This document shows positions 1-16,440 of a stretch of DNA of 64,000 nt, piece by piece. The stretch is from contig JBODTK010000137.1 in assembly GCA_050613775.1 (NCBI GenBank), positions 1 through 64,000 on the forward strand, in the 5' to 3' direction. A program made the translations under genes and the position numbers. This DNA is from Neocallimastix sp. 'constans' (taxonomy: Eukaryota). Position 1 is the first letter of the stretch. Each line of letters begins with the position of its first letter. The notes beneath the pieces were generated by a model. The model did not search any database. It had not been told where the DNA came from and saw only the letters and a program-made list of their open reading frames with translations.

Positions 1-66
1 ATATAAAAATTTGTATTTATAATTATGTTAATATAATAATTTCTATTTGATAGGTGCTTCATTGAA

Positions 67-129
<63 letters not shown>

Positions 130-176
130 GTTTTTGTTGTTGTTGTTGTTGTTGTTTTTGTTATTGTTGTGGTTGA

Positions 177-268
<92 letters not shown>
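67..268. repeat. (TTA)n/(TTG)n microsatellite
   Basis: Direct reading; explains the spurious poly-Leu ORF 47..283. Confidence 0.95.
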
Positions 269-273
<5 letters not shown>

Positions 274-476
274 ATTTATTTAATTTTGATTCATTTGTTT
301 ACTTTTATGTTATTATATAATTTTTAATTGTACTTAATTTTGAATATCGAATTAATTAATTATTAATTTATAAATTAATTAATTACTTCATAGAAAAAAT
401 AATAATAAAATAAAAAATTAAAAATAGCATATATATATATATTTTAAAGTAACTTTAGACAAAATATAAAGTAAAA

Positions 477-701
477 ATGGTTTTAAATTCTTCAATTAAT
501 ATTTCTGAAGCATATGATTCTTTATCAGAAGTACGTAATATAGCAAGTAATTTTATATAAAAAAAATTATATTAAAAATATATTTCAAAAAAAAAAAAAA
601 AAAAAAAAGTATATATATATATTGCAAAATTATTAAATTATTAATCCATTTTTCAATTTAATTTTTAAAAATCGTTGAATACTTAAATATTATAAAATAT
701 T

Positions 702-757
<56 letters not shown>

Positions 758-2772
758 GGCTTGTTTTATATTATGGCCGTCAGAAAAAAAAAAGCATAAT
801 GGTAAAATATGTTACTATTAATTGATTTTACATTGGTATATTTGAAATATAATTTTAATATATTATTATTATTTTTTTTTTAACCTTATTTTTTCATAAT
901 GTTATATTAATTATATATTATCTGATTTGCTATACTCTTTCCTTACGACTTATAATATTTGTTAATATATTTATGAATTAAATTTCACAATGGACAAATA
1001 ATAATAATGATAATAATAATAATGATAATGATAATAATGATATTGATAATGATAATTATGTATAGAATTTACAAAAAATGATGGATTTCAGCCTTTAATG
1101 GATAAAACTGAAACTCAAAATTTTATAAATCAGAGACATAATAAATACTTTAAAATATGGAACAAAATAAAGACAAAAATTGATGTATGAGAAAGTTTTT
1201 TTTTTTTTTTTTTTGTAAAATAAATATCAATATATATATATAAATTAATTTTTTTTTGCTTATTAATTCATTAAATATATATATATATATATATTTATAT
1301 TACAAAATAAATATAAAAAAACAATTAGCAATTAATTTTTGAGTTAAATTTATCTGCCACTAATGAAATTTTCAATTTTGTCCAAAGTAAATTAAATAAT
1401 AATACAAAAGAAGATTTAATGTAAATATATTAATTGAAATTCATTATTATTATATTTATAATTTAAATAATTTATTAATAATATATTTAATTTTAAAAAA
1501 AAAAAATAAATAAGTAATAATTCACAATTACCATTTAAAGAAATTCCAACAGGATTAATTTTTTCCGGTAAATTGTTTAACTAATTATTTATTAATAATT
1601 AATAAATTTTAGTATTTATAATATATTTAATCATTAATAATTTTAAATTAAAAAGGTATTAATCCTGATCATAAGAGAATTTATAAGCAAATAGTAACTA
1701 AAATAAAATCAATACCAACTAATCATGTAGCAGTTTTAGAATCTAAAGATTGTATAAATTTAAAAAATACAATGAAAATTATAATAGAACAACTTATGGA
1801 AAAGTCAATGACTGAAGATAATGTAAATAAATATAAATCCTCGTATAATCAATAGACATTAATAAAATATTTTTGTATTAATTTGAAAAAAAAATAAAAT
1901 ATTTAAAAAAATAAAATATTTAAAAAAATAAAATATTAAAAAAAAAATAAAAAAATAAAAAAATAAAAAAATAAAAAAAATAAAAAATATATATATAAAA
2001 TAAATATTTATATAATATTATTTTATAAATCAAAAGGAAATTATTGATACAACTGAATTTTACAAGAAAAGTAAAGTAAAAAAGAGTAATAAAGCACCCA
2101 ATTATGATCCATATATTTTATTGGGATGGTACAAACACTTAAAGGAAGCATCTTCTTATAATAAAACTGAAATTAATGCCGAATCAAATTCAACAACTAT
2201 AAAAACAGATACAAAAAATGAAGATAAAAATGATAATATATCCAGTAATTTCAATAGTGGTAATCATAAATTGATATTATTAATTGAAGATTTTGAATGT
2301 TTCGATGTTTTACTACTTCAAGATTTAATTTCAATATTCAGGTTTTTAATTGAAAAAAAATATATAATAATAATAATAATTATAATTAATTAATTTAAAA
2401 TATTTTTTAAGGATTTAAAAATTCTATATTTACTGTTATATAACTATTATTATTATTATTGTTGTTGTTGTTGTTTAAAATAGTGGATATAGTGAAGAAC
2501 TACCAATAATATTATTAATAGGTATCGCAACATCATTAGAAACTTTTCATCAATCATTACCAATATCTTCACTTTCACTTTTACAAATTGAAAAATTCAA
2601 ATTATTACAATCGTATGAATGTATTAATGAAATTATTGAAAAAACATTTATTGATGATGTTGATGACTTTAAACTTGGTATAAAGCCTTATCAGTATTTA
2701 TTAGATAATTTTAATTTCTTAAATCTATCGGTTGATTCCTTCATTCGAGGAATTAAGGTTTATATAATAATT

Positions 2773-2826
<54 letters not shown>

Positions 2827-2889
2827 TAATAATAATGATAATAATTAATTGATGTTTTAATTTAATTATTAATTATTATTTATTTATTA

Positions 2890-2934
<45 letters not shown>

Positions 2935-5450
2935 TATATATATATATATGGTTTATTTATAAGTTTTCAGTAATGTATCATTTTTATTCCAATCCATTAA
3001 GTGTTCTTTCTTCAATAGATCCAACTTCACCAGAAATTGATATAATTCTAAAAAGTTTAACAAAAAGACATTTAGATGAAGCTAAAGTTTTAACTTTTGG
3101 ATCATTTAAAAAGTAATAATAATAATAATAATAATAAACATTGTAATAATAATCTAATTTAATTTTATTTTTATAAAATCTTTATGCTAATTATGATATT
3201 ATTAAAAAAAAAATTTTTTTTTTTTATCAGTTATGTTAATTCAATAAAATCAAAATCACCCCAACTTGTATATAAATTATTAACTGATGATGAAACTTTA
3301 AAAAGTTCAATTAAAGAAGGTTTAATTGGTTTACATAATTATCATATAAAATTTAGAATTGGATTTAAATGCCTTCTTGAACTCCAAAAACTATTTCAAT
3401 CACCTCTATTTAAGAAATCGAAAAGAGCATTATATTTAATAAGTTTACAAGAATCATTATTTGATTCGAGCCATGTTCAATTACTCATTAAACGATCAAA
3501 GTAAATATAGTTAAAAATTGATTTATTATTTTAAGATTTATTGTTTATACTGTAATATATTAATTAATTTTATTTAATTTATATATATATATAATTTATT
3601 TATTGCTATGTTATATTAATATTTATATATTTATATAATTATAAATATATATATATATATTATATTATAGAATGATAGCATACCCATCCATAAAAGCATT
3701 TTTAGAAAAAGTAAGAATTTTGAATAATGAAGATGAACAAGCTAAACCATTATTAAAAAAGCATATGGAAGTTTTGGATGGAATATTAAAAAATTTTGAA
3801 AAATTAGATGAACAAGGAAATGAAATTAAAGATGAAAAAAAGCAGATAAAAAGGAGAGGAAAAAATATAAAAGAAAATCTTAAACAAGAGGATGATAATA
3901 ATGAAATTAATGATAAAAAAGATTTAGAGAGCAAAGATGCAAATAAAGAAGAAATGGAAAAAATAGAAGTAAAAACCCATGAAAATGATGAAAATAACAA
4001 AAAAGATGAAAAAAATGAAAAAAATGAAGATGAAATGGTCATTATTAATAAAAACGGAAAAAGACTACTAAATAAAAATATAGATCTTCCAAATAATAAA
4101 TCAATATATAATGAAGTATTAAATAACTATTTTTCAGACAATAATGGATTGGTTGGTTCTCAGAGAGAAACTAAAATTTCAAAAAGATTAAGAGCAGAGG
4201 AATTACAAGGATATGATACAATGATTAATGATATAAATCAATTTATATCAAATTATTTTAGGTAAATAAATCTTTATCTATACTGAAAATTATATACTAA
4301 AGTTAAAAAATTGAACGTTAATAATTGAATATTATCTAATTCAAATAAATTAAAAAAAATTTTTTTAATATAAAATAAATAATTTTTTTTTTTTTTGTAT
4401 TATAGAGAAACACTAAAATGTTATAAAGAATTTCCATATTACGAAATTATATATTATACAGAAAGTTCAAAATTAAAAAAAGTAAATAATATTTAATTAT
4501 TTATTATATATATTATGTATATTGTATAAACTATATATATTATATATATTATATATGTATATATTTAATGTATTTATTCATTTATTAAATTATTAATTTT
4601 AATTTATTAACATATAATCCTATATAAATAATTTAATCAAATAGAGTTTTTCGGCACAACCAAGAAGTGTGATACATACTGCTTTAAATTACCCAAAGCA
4701 TTATCTTAATTGTCAATGCTGCAGTGAAAATGATCATATAATTGAATCTTCACTTCATGATACCTGTATTGCTTATAAACTTTATTTAGAATGTGGAAAA
4801 TTGATTAATCTTTATGATTGGTTTGTAGCATTTGGTAACATTATAAAAGATAAAATGAATCGTACAGAACAGAAAGAAAAAGAACTTAATAAGAAATTAA
4901 AAATGAAAAAAAAGGAACAAGATAAAAAACAAAAAAGAGAAAAGAAAAAAAATGAAGCCATTGGAATTGATGATAATGACATTATAGATTTAGATACTGA
5001 TAATGAAATTAGTAAAGGTGATTCTAGTAATAATAATGATGATGATGATGAAAATGAATCCTTAAGTGATAATGGTAATGAAAGTAATGAAGACAGTGAT
5101 GAAAATGAAGATGAAAATGAATTTAATGAAAAAGAAATACAGTAAGTCTAATATTTTACAAAAAAAAAAAAAAAAAAAAAAAAATTAAATTAATATTAAA
5201 TAATTCTTAAATTAAGTTTATAAAAATTTTTTATTGATATTGATATTAATTTTATTTTATTTTTTATTTTTTATTTTTTATTTTATTTTTTATTATTTTA
5301 TTTTTTTTTTTTTTTACATATCATTATTTTTGAAAATAATAAAGGGCAAGATTTATTAGAGCTATTTCTGAACTACAATATTTTGGATTTATTAAATCTA
5401 CAAACAGAAAAGTAGATCATGTTATAAAATTAACATGGGGATCAGATTAA
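477..5450 (+). CDS. ORC3: Origin recognition complex subunit 3 (about 14 exons)
   Basis: ATG at 477 with GT-AG introns. Exons encode [90 protein letters not shown] and C-terminal [34 protein letters not shown] (TAA 5448-5450), all typical ORC3 motifs. ORFs 2121, 3184, 3672 and 4669 are exons. Confidence 0.95.
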
Positions 5451-6138
5451 AATAAAATAATTTTTAATAAAAATCTAATTGATATAGATTATATAAGATA
5501 TAAATTATATAAAAAGTAATAGTATTTAATTATATTAAATTTAAAATAATAGTTGATATAATTAAATATAATCCTAAATAAAATTATGAAAAAATAGAAT
5601 AAAATAATATTTTTACATAATTTTGAGTAGAAAATAAGTTAAAATAAATAAATAAATAATAGCAATAGTATTATTAGCAATACTAATAGTATCATTTTAT
5701 TATTTATCATTTTTATAAAAATAAAAAAAAAAAAAAATTAATTATATTTATTATTTATTATAATTATTTAATTATTTATTAAATTGATTTGTACTTAAAT
5801 TAATAATAAAATAATATTTATATATTTGGTTATTGATTTATTTATATATTAGTTATTGATGGTTATTTAATAATAATAAATTAACATTTTTATATAGATA
5901 ATTAATTATTTTGAATAAAATATATATATTATTTTTTTTTATAATAATATATATATGTGTTTGTGTGTATAATATATATATATATATATATATAAATATT
6001 CTATTATTGTCAATTGAAATATATCATTAAATTATTATTAGTAGTATTTCTTTCATAAAAAATGAATAGATATTCTTTATAGAGTAATTGTTTATATTTT
6101 TTTTATAATAATAATAATAATAATAAAAAAATATTAAT

Positions 6139-6183
<45 letters not shown>

Positions 6184-7169
6184 TAATAATAATAATAATA
6201 ATATAATTTATACAAGAAATACTTTTATTTACTTTGATAGAATAAATTAATTATAAAGATATGGTGCATGATTAACATATATATGATAAATTTATACGAA
6301 CTATAAAAAAGAAATTTAAAATATAAAAATATAAATATTTTTTTTTTATTTAGATGTTGTAAATATCTAGGCATATATGACGTCCTTCTTTTTTAAATAA
6401 CACCATATATATACTGTGAGTACAGCAGTTTAATATTCAATATATATGGGATTACCACAAACATATATAAATTTATTATACGGCCACAATAATTACTAAT
6501 TGGTCATACCGGTTCGGCTTCCACAATTTTCTTTGATCTAGATATCTAGATAAGATTCAACATTGAAACAATCAGGTAATAGCTTAATATTATTGTAAGC
6601 AAGATGTTTTTCTTCAATTAAGATTTTTAATATAAGAAGGGAGGGCAAATGGAAGGCTTGTCCTCTCTTTTTGGAGGGAACAAAAGCTTTAATAAACTTC
6701 CTGAATAGAGAAATAGTAATGGGAATGAAATATAGTTAATCTATATTTCAGCATAAATAATTAAAAAATAAATTATATTACTTTTAAAATTATAAGATTT
6801 TAAGTATTGATAAATTTTACACCATACTCTAATGTTTTATAAAAATAATAGTAATAATAAATAAATAAATTATAAAAAATAAAAAAAATTAAAAAAAAAA
6901 AAAATATATAAAGTTTTAAAATTATTTTTAATATATTTTTTATTATTAATAATATTGTGTTTAAAAAAAAATAAATAAATAAATAAATAAATAAAAGATA
7001 AACAAAAATAAACTATTATTGATTTTATTGTCTGATACATTAGAAATTCAGTTAATACTCTATAATTTTAATTATTAAAAAGGATAAAAATATTTCATAA
7101 TTTTTAAATGTTTTTAAAATTCATTACTTTTATAATAAATAAACTATTATTATTATGTTTTGTAAATTG

Positions 7170-7204
<35 letters not shown>

Positions 7205-7673
7205 TAAAAAGATAAAAAGTATTAAAAAAGTATATAAAATATATATTTTATATTTTATATTTTATATTTTATAATTTTGATTAATAAATAATGAAAATAT
7301 TAATAATTACTATTAATATTTTTTTAAAGCTATACACTTATGATAGCAATTATATTTTGGAATCCGCATTCCTGTTATTAAAATGATTAAAGCAAAATTT
7401 TACATATTTATATAATATATATTTATCTTAGTTGAATAAGATTAAAAAAATATATTATTATTAAATCATTAATTTCGAAAGAAAGATATATATATATATT
7501 TATTTTGAATTAAATTAACAAATTAATTTATATTATGAATGAGTAAATTATAATTTAGCTCTTTCACTAAATTTATCTTGTAATTCTTCTAATTCCTTTC
7601 TTCTTTTTTCCTCCTTTTCTTTTTCAATACGATGCTTTCTCATTTTAATATTTCCACAGGAATGCGCGTTATT

Positions 7674-10431
<2,758 letters not shown>

Positions 10432-12395
10432 GATAGAACTTTATATCAAAGTTAAATATATTATTAATGTTTAGTATATTATTATATAAAAATAATGATT
10501 ATATTAAAATGAAATATTGATTCTATATATGTAAAAGCATACAATACATTCTAATTCAATTACCTTTTTCTTTTCTTTATTTTAATTGAGAGAAAAAGAA
10601 ATGATTATTTCTTTAATATTATTATCATAATTTTTTTTTTTAAATTCTAGCTTTGGATTTAAAAATATATTTTAAAAAAAATAGACAAATTAAAATATTT
10701 TTATAGTATAAAAAAAAAAAAAAAATTATAAAATAAAATAAAAAAAGTACATAAAATGATTATTATAATTAAAAATAAAAGTAGATTATAAAGAAATTTT
10801 ATTATTTAATATAAAAATAATTTATTAAATATTTTTTTTATTATTATTATTTATATTATCTTATTCAATATATTAAAAATATATATTTATTATATATTTA
10901 AATTACTATATATTTTATTATATATATATATTTTTAGAAAAGAATTTAGTTATTTTATTTATAATTATTAAAATTGAAAAGAATTTGGAATTACTATATT
11001 TAAAATTATAATTGAAAAATATATATAAAATATAAAAAAATAATATTTTTATATTATTAAATATATATAGAAACTTCAAACAAAAATTTATTAATATATT
11101 AGGATATATCAAACAATTTTAACCATAAAAAAAATAATATTAAATATATATTTTTTTATTTTGTTTTTTATCTATAAAACATTAAATAAAAATTATTAAA
11201 TAAATATAAACATATTTCATTAGTAATATGACTTGAATTGTGACCAGATAAAATATTAAAAACATCCCTAATGATTAATATTATCAATAATATTATTAAA
11301 TTGTAATTATTAATTATTATTTTATTATATATATTTTTATATAAAGTATTTTAGAGATTTAGCAAATGATAAATCCTAACTAGAATTATATATAAGTTTT
11401 TCCAAAAGCTAAATTTATAATAAATTAAATTATGATGGATTATTCTACACAAAAAAATAAATCGAATAAATGTATTAAACCTAATCTTTTAATATATATC
11501 AAAAAAAAAAAAAAATTAATAGTACTTTTAATATAATGGAAAACAAAAAACTTTCAGAAAAAATATCAGATTAAGATCAATTCATAAAAACTTAGCCATT
11601 TATTCCAAAAATATATGAATAAGGCATTAAATAAGTAAGATCTACTTATACTCTATAGCTGTTATAAAAATAGTATAATATCTAGTATTTAATTTGAATT
11701 TTAAATAGTTAGTTTTAATTAAGGAACTTAAAATTCTTAAAAATATCTATTAATAAATAATATATATATTGATAAATAAAAAAAAAATAAAATAAAATAA
11801 TAAGTATTAAATATAAAAATACTAATAGTATTAATATATTAATAATTATCATATTTTATTTTATAATTTTACGATATTAATATTAACTTTTAACATTAAA
11901 AGTATTGGATTAAATTCCCTAACAATATTTATTAAATTTATTCTATAAAAAAAAATTATAGGTATTTGGTATACAAATTTTTTTACATTGATTTTTTTTA
12001 TCCTTATTTTTAATGTATTTAGAGCTATCATTTAAATAAAAATACATTTAAATATTAACAATGTAAAATTATTATGTAATTTTGTATTAATGATATTATT
12101 ACGATTTATCAATATTAATATTAATTTTTTTTATATATGTATATACATTTATATATATTTATTAAAATTTTTATTTTTAATATTATTATTTTATATTTGA
12201 ATATTTGTTAATTTTTAATAATTTTTTTTTTTTTGTATTAATATATTATAATCAAATACTTATTAGCCTTATATTAAATTATATGCATGAAAGTAATCTA
12301 AATTTTTTTTTATTGTATTATTATTTTTTATGATATTATTATTATTATCCATTTTTATTGTTATTAATGGTAAAATAATAATTAATGTGATTTTT

Positions 12396-12700
12396 GTTTA
12401 GTTAATTTTTAAAAAGGTTACACAAAAAAAAGAGGTTAGTTTTCTCTATCTGTTTTTACAATACAATACATTAAGCTACATTAATATATTTTTTTTTTGT
12501 TAAGTTAATTTTAAAAAAGGTTACACAAAAAAAAGAGGTTAGTTTTCTCTATCTGTTTTTACAATACAATACATTAAGCTACATTAATATATTTTTTTTT
12601 TGTTAAGTTAATTTTAAAAAAGGTTACACAAAAAAAAGAGGTTAGTTTTCTCTATCTGTTTTTACAATACAATACATTAAGCTACATTAATATATTTTTT
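12396..12700. repeat. Tandem repeat, 3 near-identical units of about 102 bp
   Basis: Unit GTTAATTTTAAAAAAGGTTACACAAAAAAAAGAGGTTAGTTTTCTCTATCTG...AAGCTACATTAATATATTTT repeated three times, differing mainly in homopolymer lengths. Confidence 0.95.
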
Positions 12701-13363
12701 ATTTATCACATTAGATTTATTTTTGAACACTTTAAAAAAATTCTGATACAGATTCGAATGATAATTTTTATCCATATGGAGTTATCATCGATGAATGAGA
12801 AGAATTAGAGGTCATTTCTTCCTAGAAACTCATAAAGTAGTTTTTTAATATTAATATAAAATATTTCATATATTTTATTATTTTATTTTCATGTATTATT
12901 TTTTAATAAATATTATTAAATATAGTTTATTCTTAGTCAAAAAAAAAAAAAAAAAAACTTAAAAAAAAGTTTAATCATTTAAAATTATTAGATTTACATA
13001 TTGTTATTAAATATATATTATTAAATGGTTTTTTATTATTTTTATATCATATATATGTAATTATTTTAGCGTTATTAGTAATAGAAAATGTGTTTAAATA
13101 AATATAACAGAAATATTAGTTCTTTTGCACACTATATTGATTATATGATTTTTAGAACACTTTCGTTGTGACGTTTAGTTTAACTTTATATAATATTGAG
13201 TATATGTTATATTGACATGTAAAAAAAAAATATTTAAACATATATTTTTCAAAGAATTTTTTCATTAATGATTTATTAGATATTAATAAAGAGAAATTTT
13301 ATTCTAGTCATATTAATATAAAATAATTATAATTATTTTATTATTATTAATTTTACATCGAAA

Positions 13364-15085
13364 ATGAATCATACAGTATTTTATGCTAACAACAGAAAAA
13401 TCTCTCTTTATATTTGGGAAAATCAAAATTATTTTAGACCATTAGCTATTATTCAAATTGTTCATGGATTTTTTGATCATGCTTCGAGATATGATGAATT
13501 TGCCCAATTTTTAGTACGTCATAATTTTGTTGTGGTGGCTCATGATTTAAATGGCCATGGCTACACTACTTCAATTCCTTCTAATCATGAGGTTCCCAAT
13601 ATATCATCTATTTCATCACTTTCTTCTCCTCTTTCATATTCAAAAACATATAAAAACTCTTTAGTAGTTAATGAAAATCAGTACTCTCAAATACCCAATT
13701 CCCAAGGTTATGATCTTAATGAAAATAAAAAGAAATCTAAAACACCAGTCAATATTCAAAACTATACTATATCATCAAATGATAATTCAAAGGAGAAAAA
13801 TGAAATTAAAAAAATGCCTAATTCTATTAATACATCTTCTAAATTTGTTGGTATATCTACTATACCTAAAGCTTCCCCGGTTAATCAGAATGAATTAGAT
13901 ATAACGCCTGACTGTCAAAGTTCGGATTTAAAAATTGATAATAATAATTCAAACTATGCTAATAATAAAGATAATGATAATGAATTACCGTCATATTCAT
14001 CATCTTTTTCACATTTAGGTTATGAGGATGGAAACATGTTTGAAAATGATGTTGCTGACATAATTGCTATTTCATCCTATTGTCGAGAACGTTTTCTTCA
14101 TTTACCTCTAATTTTATTAGGTGTTGGATATGGAAGTTTTTTAGTTCAATATTTCATTGAACATAATAAATATAGATTAAATAATAGGAATAAAAATTGG
14201 GAAAGAGAAGATTCATCTTCATATAATAATAGAAGTAATTATCATCATCATAATAATCATCGGTATCATCAAAAAAAAAGACATAAACATCAGCATTCTT
14301 CGAAACATAATGAAAAAAAATATAATAAAGAAGTATATGAAGGTGATGATTCTTCTCTCATACAGAGACATTGTTTAACTGATCCTACTATTAATGGATT
14401 TATACTTTGTGGTACAAATTATATGAAAGGATTAATTCTCAGAACTAATGTAGTTTATTCAAATCTACTTTATTATATTAAAGGGAAAAATTATAGAACA
14501 AACTTTTTATTTCCATCAATTTTTCAAACATATAAACTTCAAACTGAAAGTGAACTTTTAAGTTCTGATTCTGATTCTGACTCTGATTCTGATTCTACTT
14601 CAGATTCTGATTCATATATTGAATCGCCTAGACCAGGAGAAAGTTCGAAAGAACGAATTTCAGTTCCGATAGTAACATTTTCTTCTTCTGAAATTCAAAA
14701 AGATAAACCTCTTAATCAATGGTTTACCAGAAATTATTATGAGCTAACTAAAGCTCAGAGGGATCCATTATGTAACTTCAGTTATTCTACAAATTTTTAT
14801 CGTTCTTTATTGAATGCTACTAATAAACTCTATAAAAAAAAAAGTGGAAAAGCTATTAATACAAAAATACCTATATTAATTGTTGTGGGTGATCATGATC
14901 CTTTAGGAAATTATAGTAAAGGACCTGTTAAACTTTATAATTTTTATAAAGATTATAAAGTTAATAATGTTAAACTTTTTATTTATGAAAATGCGAGACA
15001 TTCGGTTTTATTTGAAAATAATAAAGTAGAAATTTATCATGATATTTTAAAATGGACCAATGATAACATTTTAACTGGTTATTAA
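13364..15085 (+). CDS. Alpha/beta hydrolase, lysophospholipase/monoacylglycerol lipase-like (Hydrolase_4), intronless, with low-complexity insertions; nucleophile Ser absent
   Basis: IIQIVHGFFDHASRYDEFAQFL, VVAHDLNGHG, DPLCNF, PILIVVGDHDPLG, YENARHSVLFE. The nucleophile elbow reads GVGYGSF instead of GHSMGSF. Confidence 0.88.
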   Translation: MNHTVFYANNRKISLYIWENQNYFRPLAIIQIVHGFFDHASRYDEFAQFLVRHNFVVVAHDLNGHGYTTSIPSNHEVPNISSISSLSSPLSYSKTYKNSLVVNENQYSQIPNSQGYDLNENKKKSKTPVNIQNYTISSNDNSKEKNEIKKMPNSINTSSKFVGISTIPKASPVNQNELDITPDCQSSDLKIDNNNSNYANNKDNDNELPSYSSSFSHLGYEDGNMFENDVADIIAISSYCRERFLHLPLILLGVGYGSFLVQYFIEHNKYRLNNRNKNWEREDSSSYNNRSNYHHHNNHRYHQKKRHKHQHSSKHNEKKYNKEVYEGDDSSLIQRHCLTDPTINGFILCGTNYMKGLILRTNVVYSNLLYYIKGKNYRTNFLFPSIFQTYKLQTESELLSSDSDSDSDSDSTSDSDSYIESPRPGESSKERISVPIVTFSSSEIQKDKPLNQWFTRNYYELTKAQRDPLCNFSYSTNFYRSLLNATNKLYKKKSGKAINTKIPILIVVGDHDPLGNYSKGPVKLYNFYKDYKVNNVKLFIYENARHSVLFENNKVEIYHDILKWTNDNILTGY

Positions 15086-15493
15086 CTTATATTTTGTGTT
15101 AAAGAAATAAAATAATAATTATATTATTTTTAATTATAAATCATAAATAATTATAATTTTGTTAATGGTTATATTATATATAATATTATATTGTATTAAA
15201 TAATAGTATTATTTCATTATATTTAATATGCTGCTAAATTATTTTCATTTTATTAAATTAAAATTAAATAAAATATCTCATGTATGAATATTTAATTATG
15301 AGTAATTACTGACATTTGTATTAATAATAATCTATTATTATAAGTATTATAATTATTTTTTATTTGTAATTCGATTTCAAATATTATTTATATTATTTGA
15401 AAGATGCTAAAATAGAATTTATTATTTTATGAACTTTATCCTTTCTGAAAAACATTAATATTAAAATTTTAAAATTGATATTAATTGTCTAAC

Positions 15494-15539
<46 letters not shown>

Positions 15540-15924
15540 CAAGATACAAAAGAATTTGATAAGTATTGGTCTAAACTTAATCTAATTAGGTAAATTTAGA
15601 TTAATTGAACTGGCTTAAAGTCAATATTTTCATCATTGCATTATTTTTTTTATTTTATTTGTATTTCTTATTGACATTTAAAATTATTATAGATTATGAA
15701 AAATTAAAATTTATATTTATATTTTATGACATTACTTTTTAATACTTAAAATTAATTGTATTAATTGTATATTTTTTTTTTCTCAAAAAATTGGTTTTTT
15801 CCAAGTTTGGTGTTGATACCTATGAATTTTGAAATTTCATATGTAAATATTTTTTTTTCTATAGCCGTAATTATTTATAAATAATAATTGTATTTATTTA
15901 TTCATTCATTAATTACATATTCAT

Positions 15925-16440
15925 ACAATCTGAAAGATATTATGGTCTTCTCCTTTAAAGGTATTGACCCTCCTAGTTAGCTGAATTTGTATTTTTGGAT
16001 TAATTTTTGTTTTAAATGCTGAATAGAAACCTTATGATTCCTTTTGGAACATATACAATATAAAATTTTAACATCTGATATTGCTTTTTCAAATATTTTT
16101 ACAAATTTTTCATTGTTGAAATTTGGAGTATATACTTTAATCCTGAAGAAAAATTATTAATTATAATAATCAGTATCACTAACATAATATTAATCTTGAA
16201 TTTTTTCGCATAGATAAAAGTCAACCTTGTGTTGTCAGTAGATGTTCCATAATAGCAAGAATTCCCGTGAAGTATCTTTTCCATAATGAACTATAAATTA
16301 CAAATTGATATAAATGAAATTAGTATAAACTAAAATACTATAAATTAGGAAATATAAATATAAAATAAATAATATAAAAAAAAAATAAATATTGAAAAAT
16401 TAAAAAAATAATAAATAATAAATAATAAAAAAAACATGAA
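15925..16440 (-). mobile_element. Internally deleted copy of the LINE at 26800-31165
   Basis: Reverse complement aligns by eye to LINE ~26850-27361 (e.g. TTATGGAACATCTA, ACAACACAAGGTTGA, CTCCAAATTTCAAC, TATTTGAAAAAGCAATATCAG, GGAATCATAAGGTTTCT), joined to LINE 31040-31090 (AAGGAGAAGA.CATAAT.TCTTTCAGAT). Confidence 0.88.

Noticed and set aside
47..283. Poly-Leu ORF (likewise poly-Tyr 7840..8784, and 23444..23785, 23505..23900)
   Set aside because: Translations of (TTA/TAT/AAT)n microsatellites; no coding evidence.
12396..12700. CRISPR-like array (also 31481-31680 and 59875-60020)
   Set aside because: Head-to-tail units without unique spacers, eukaryotic context, no cas genes.
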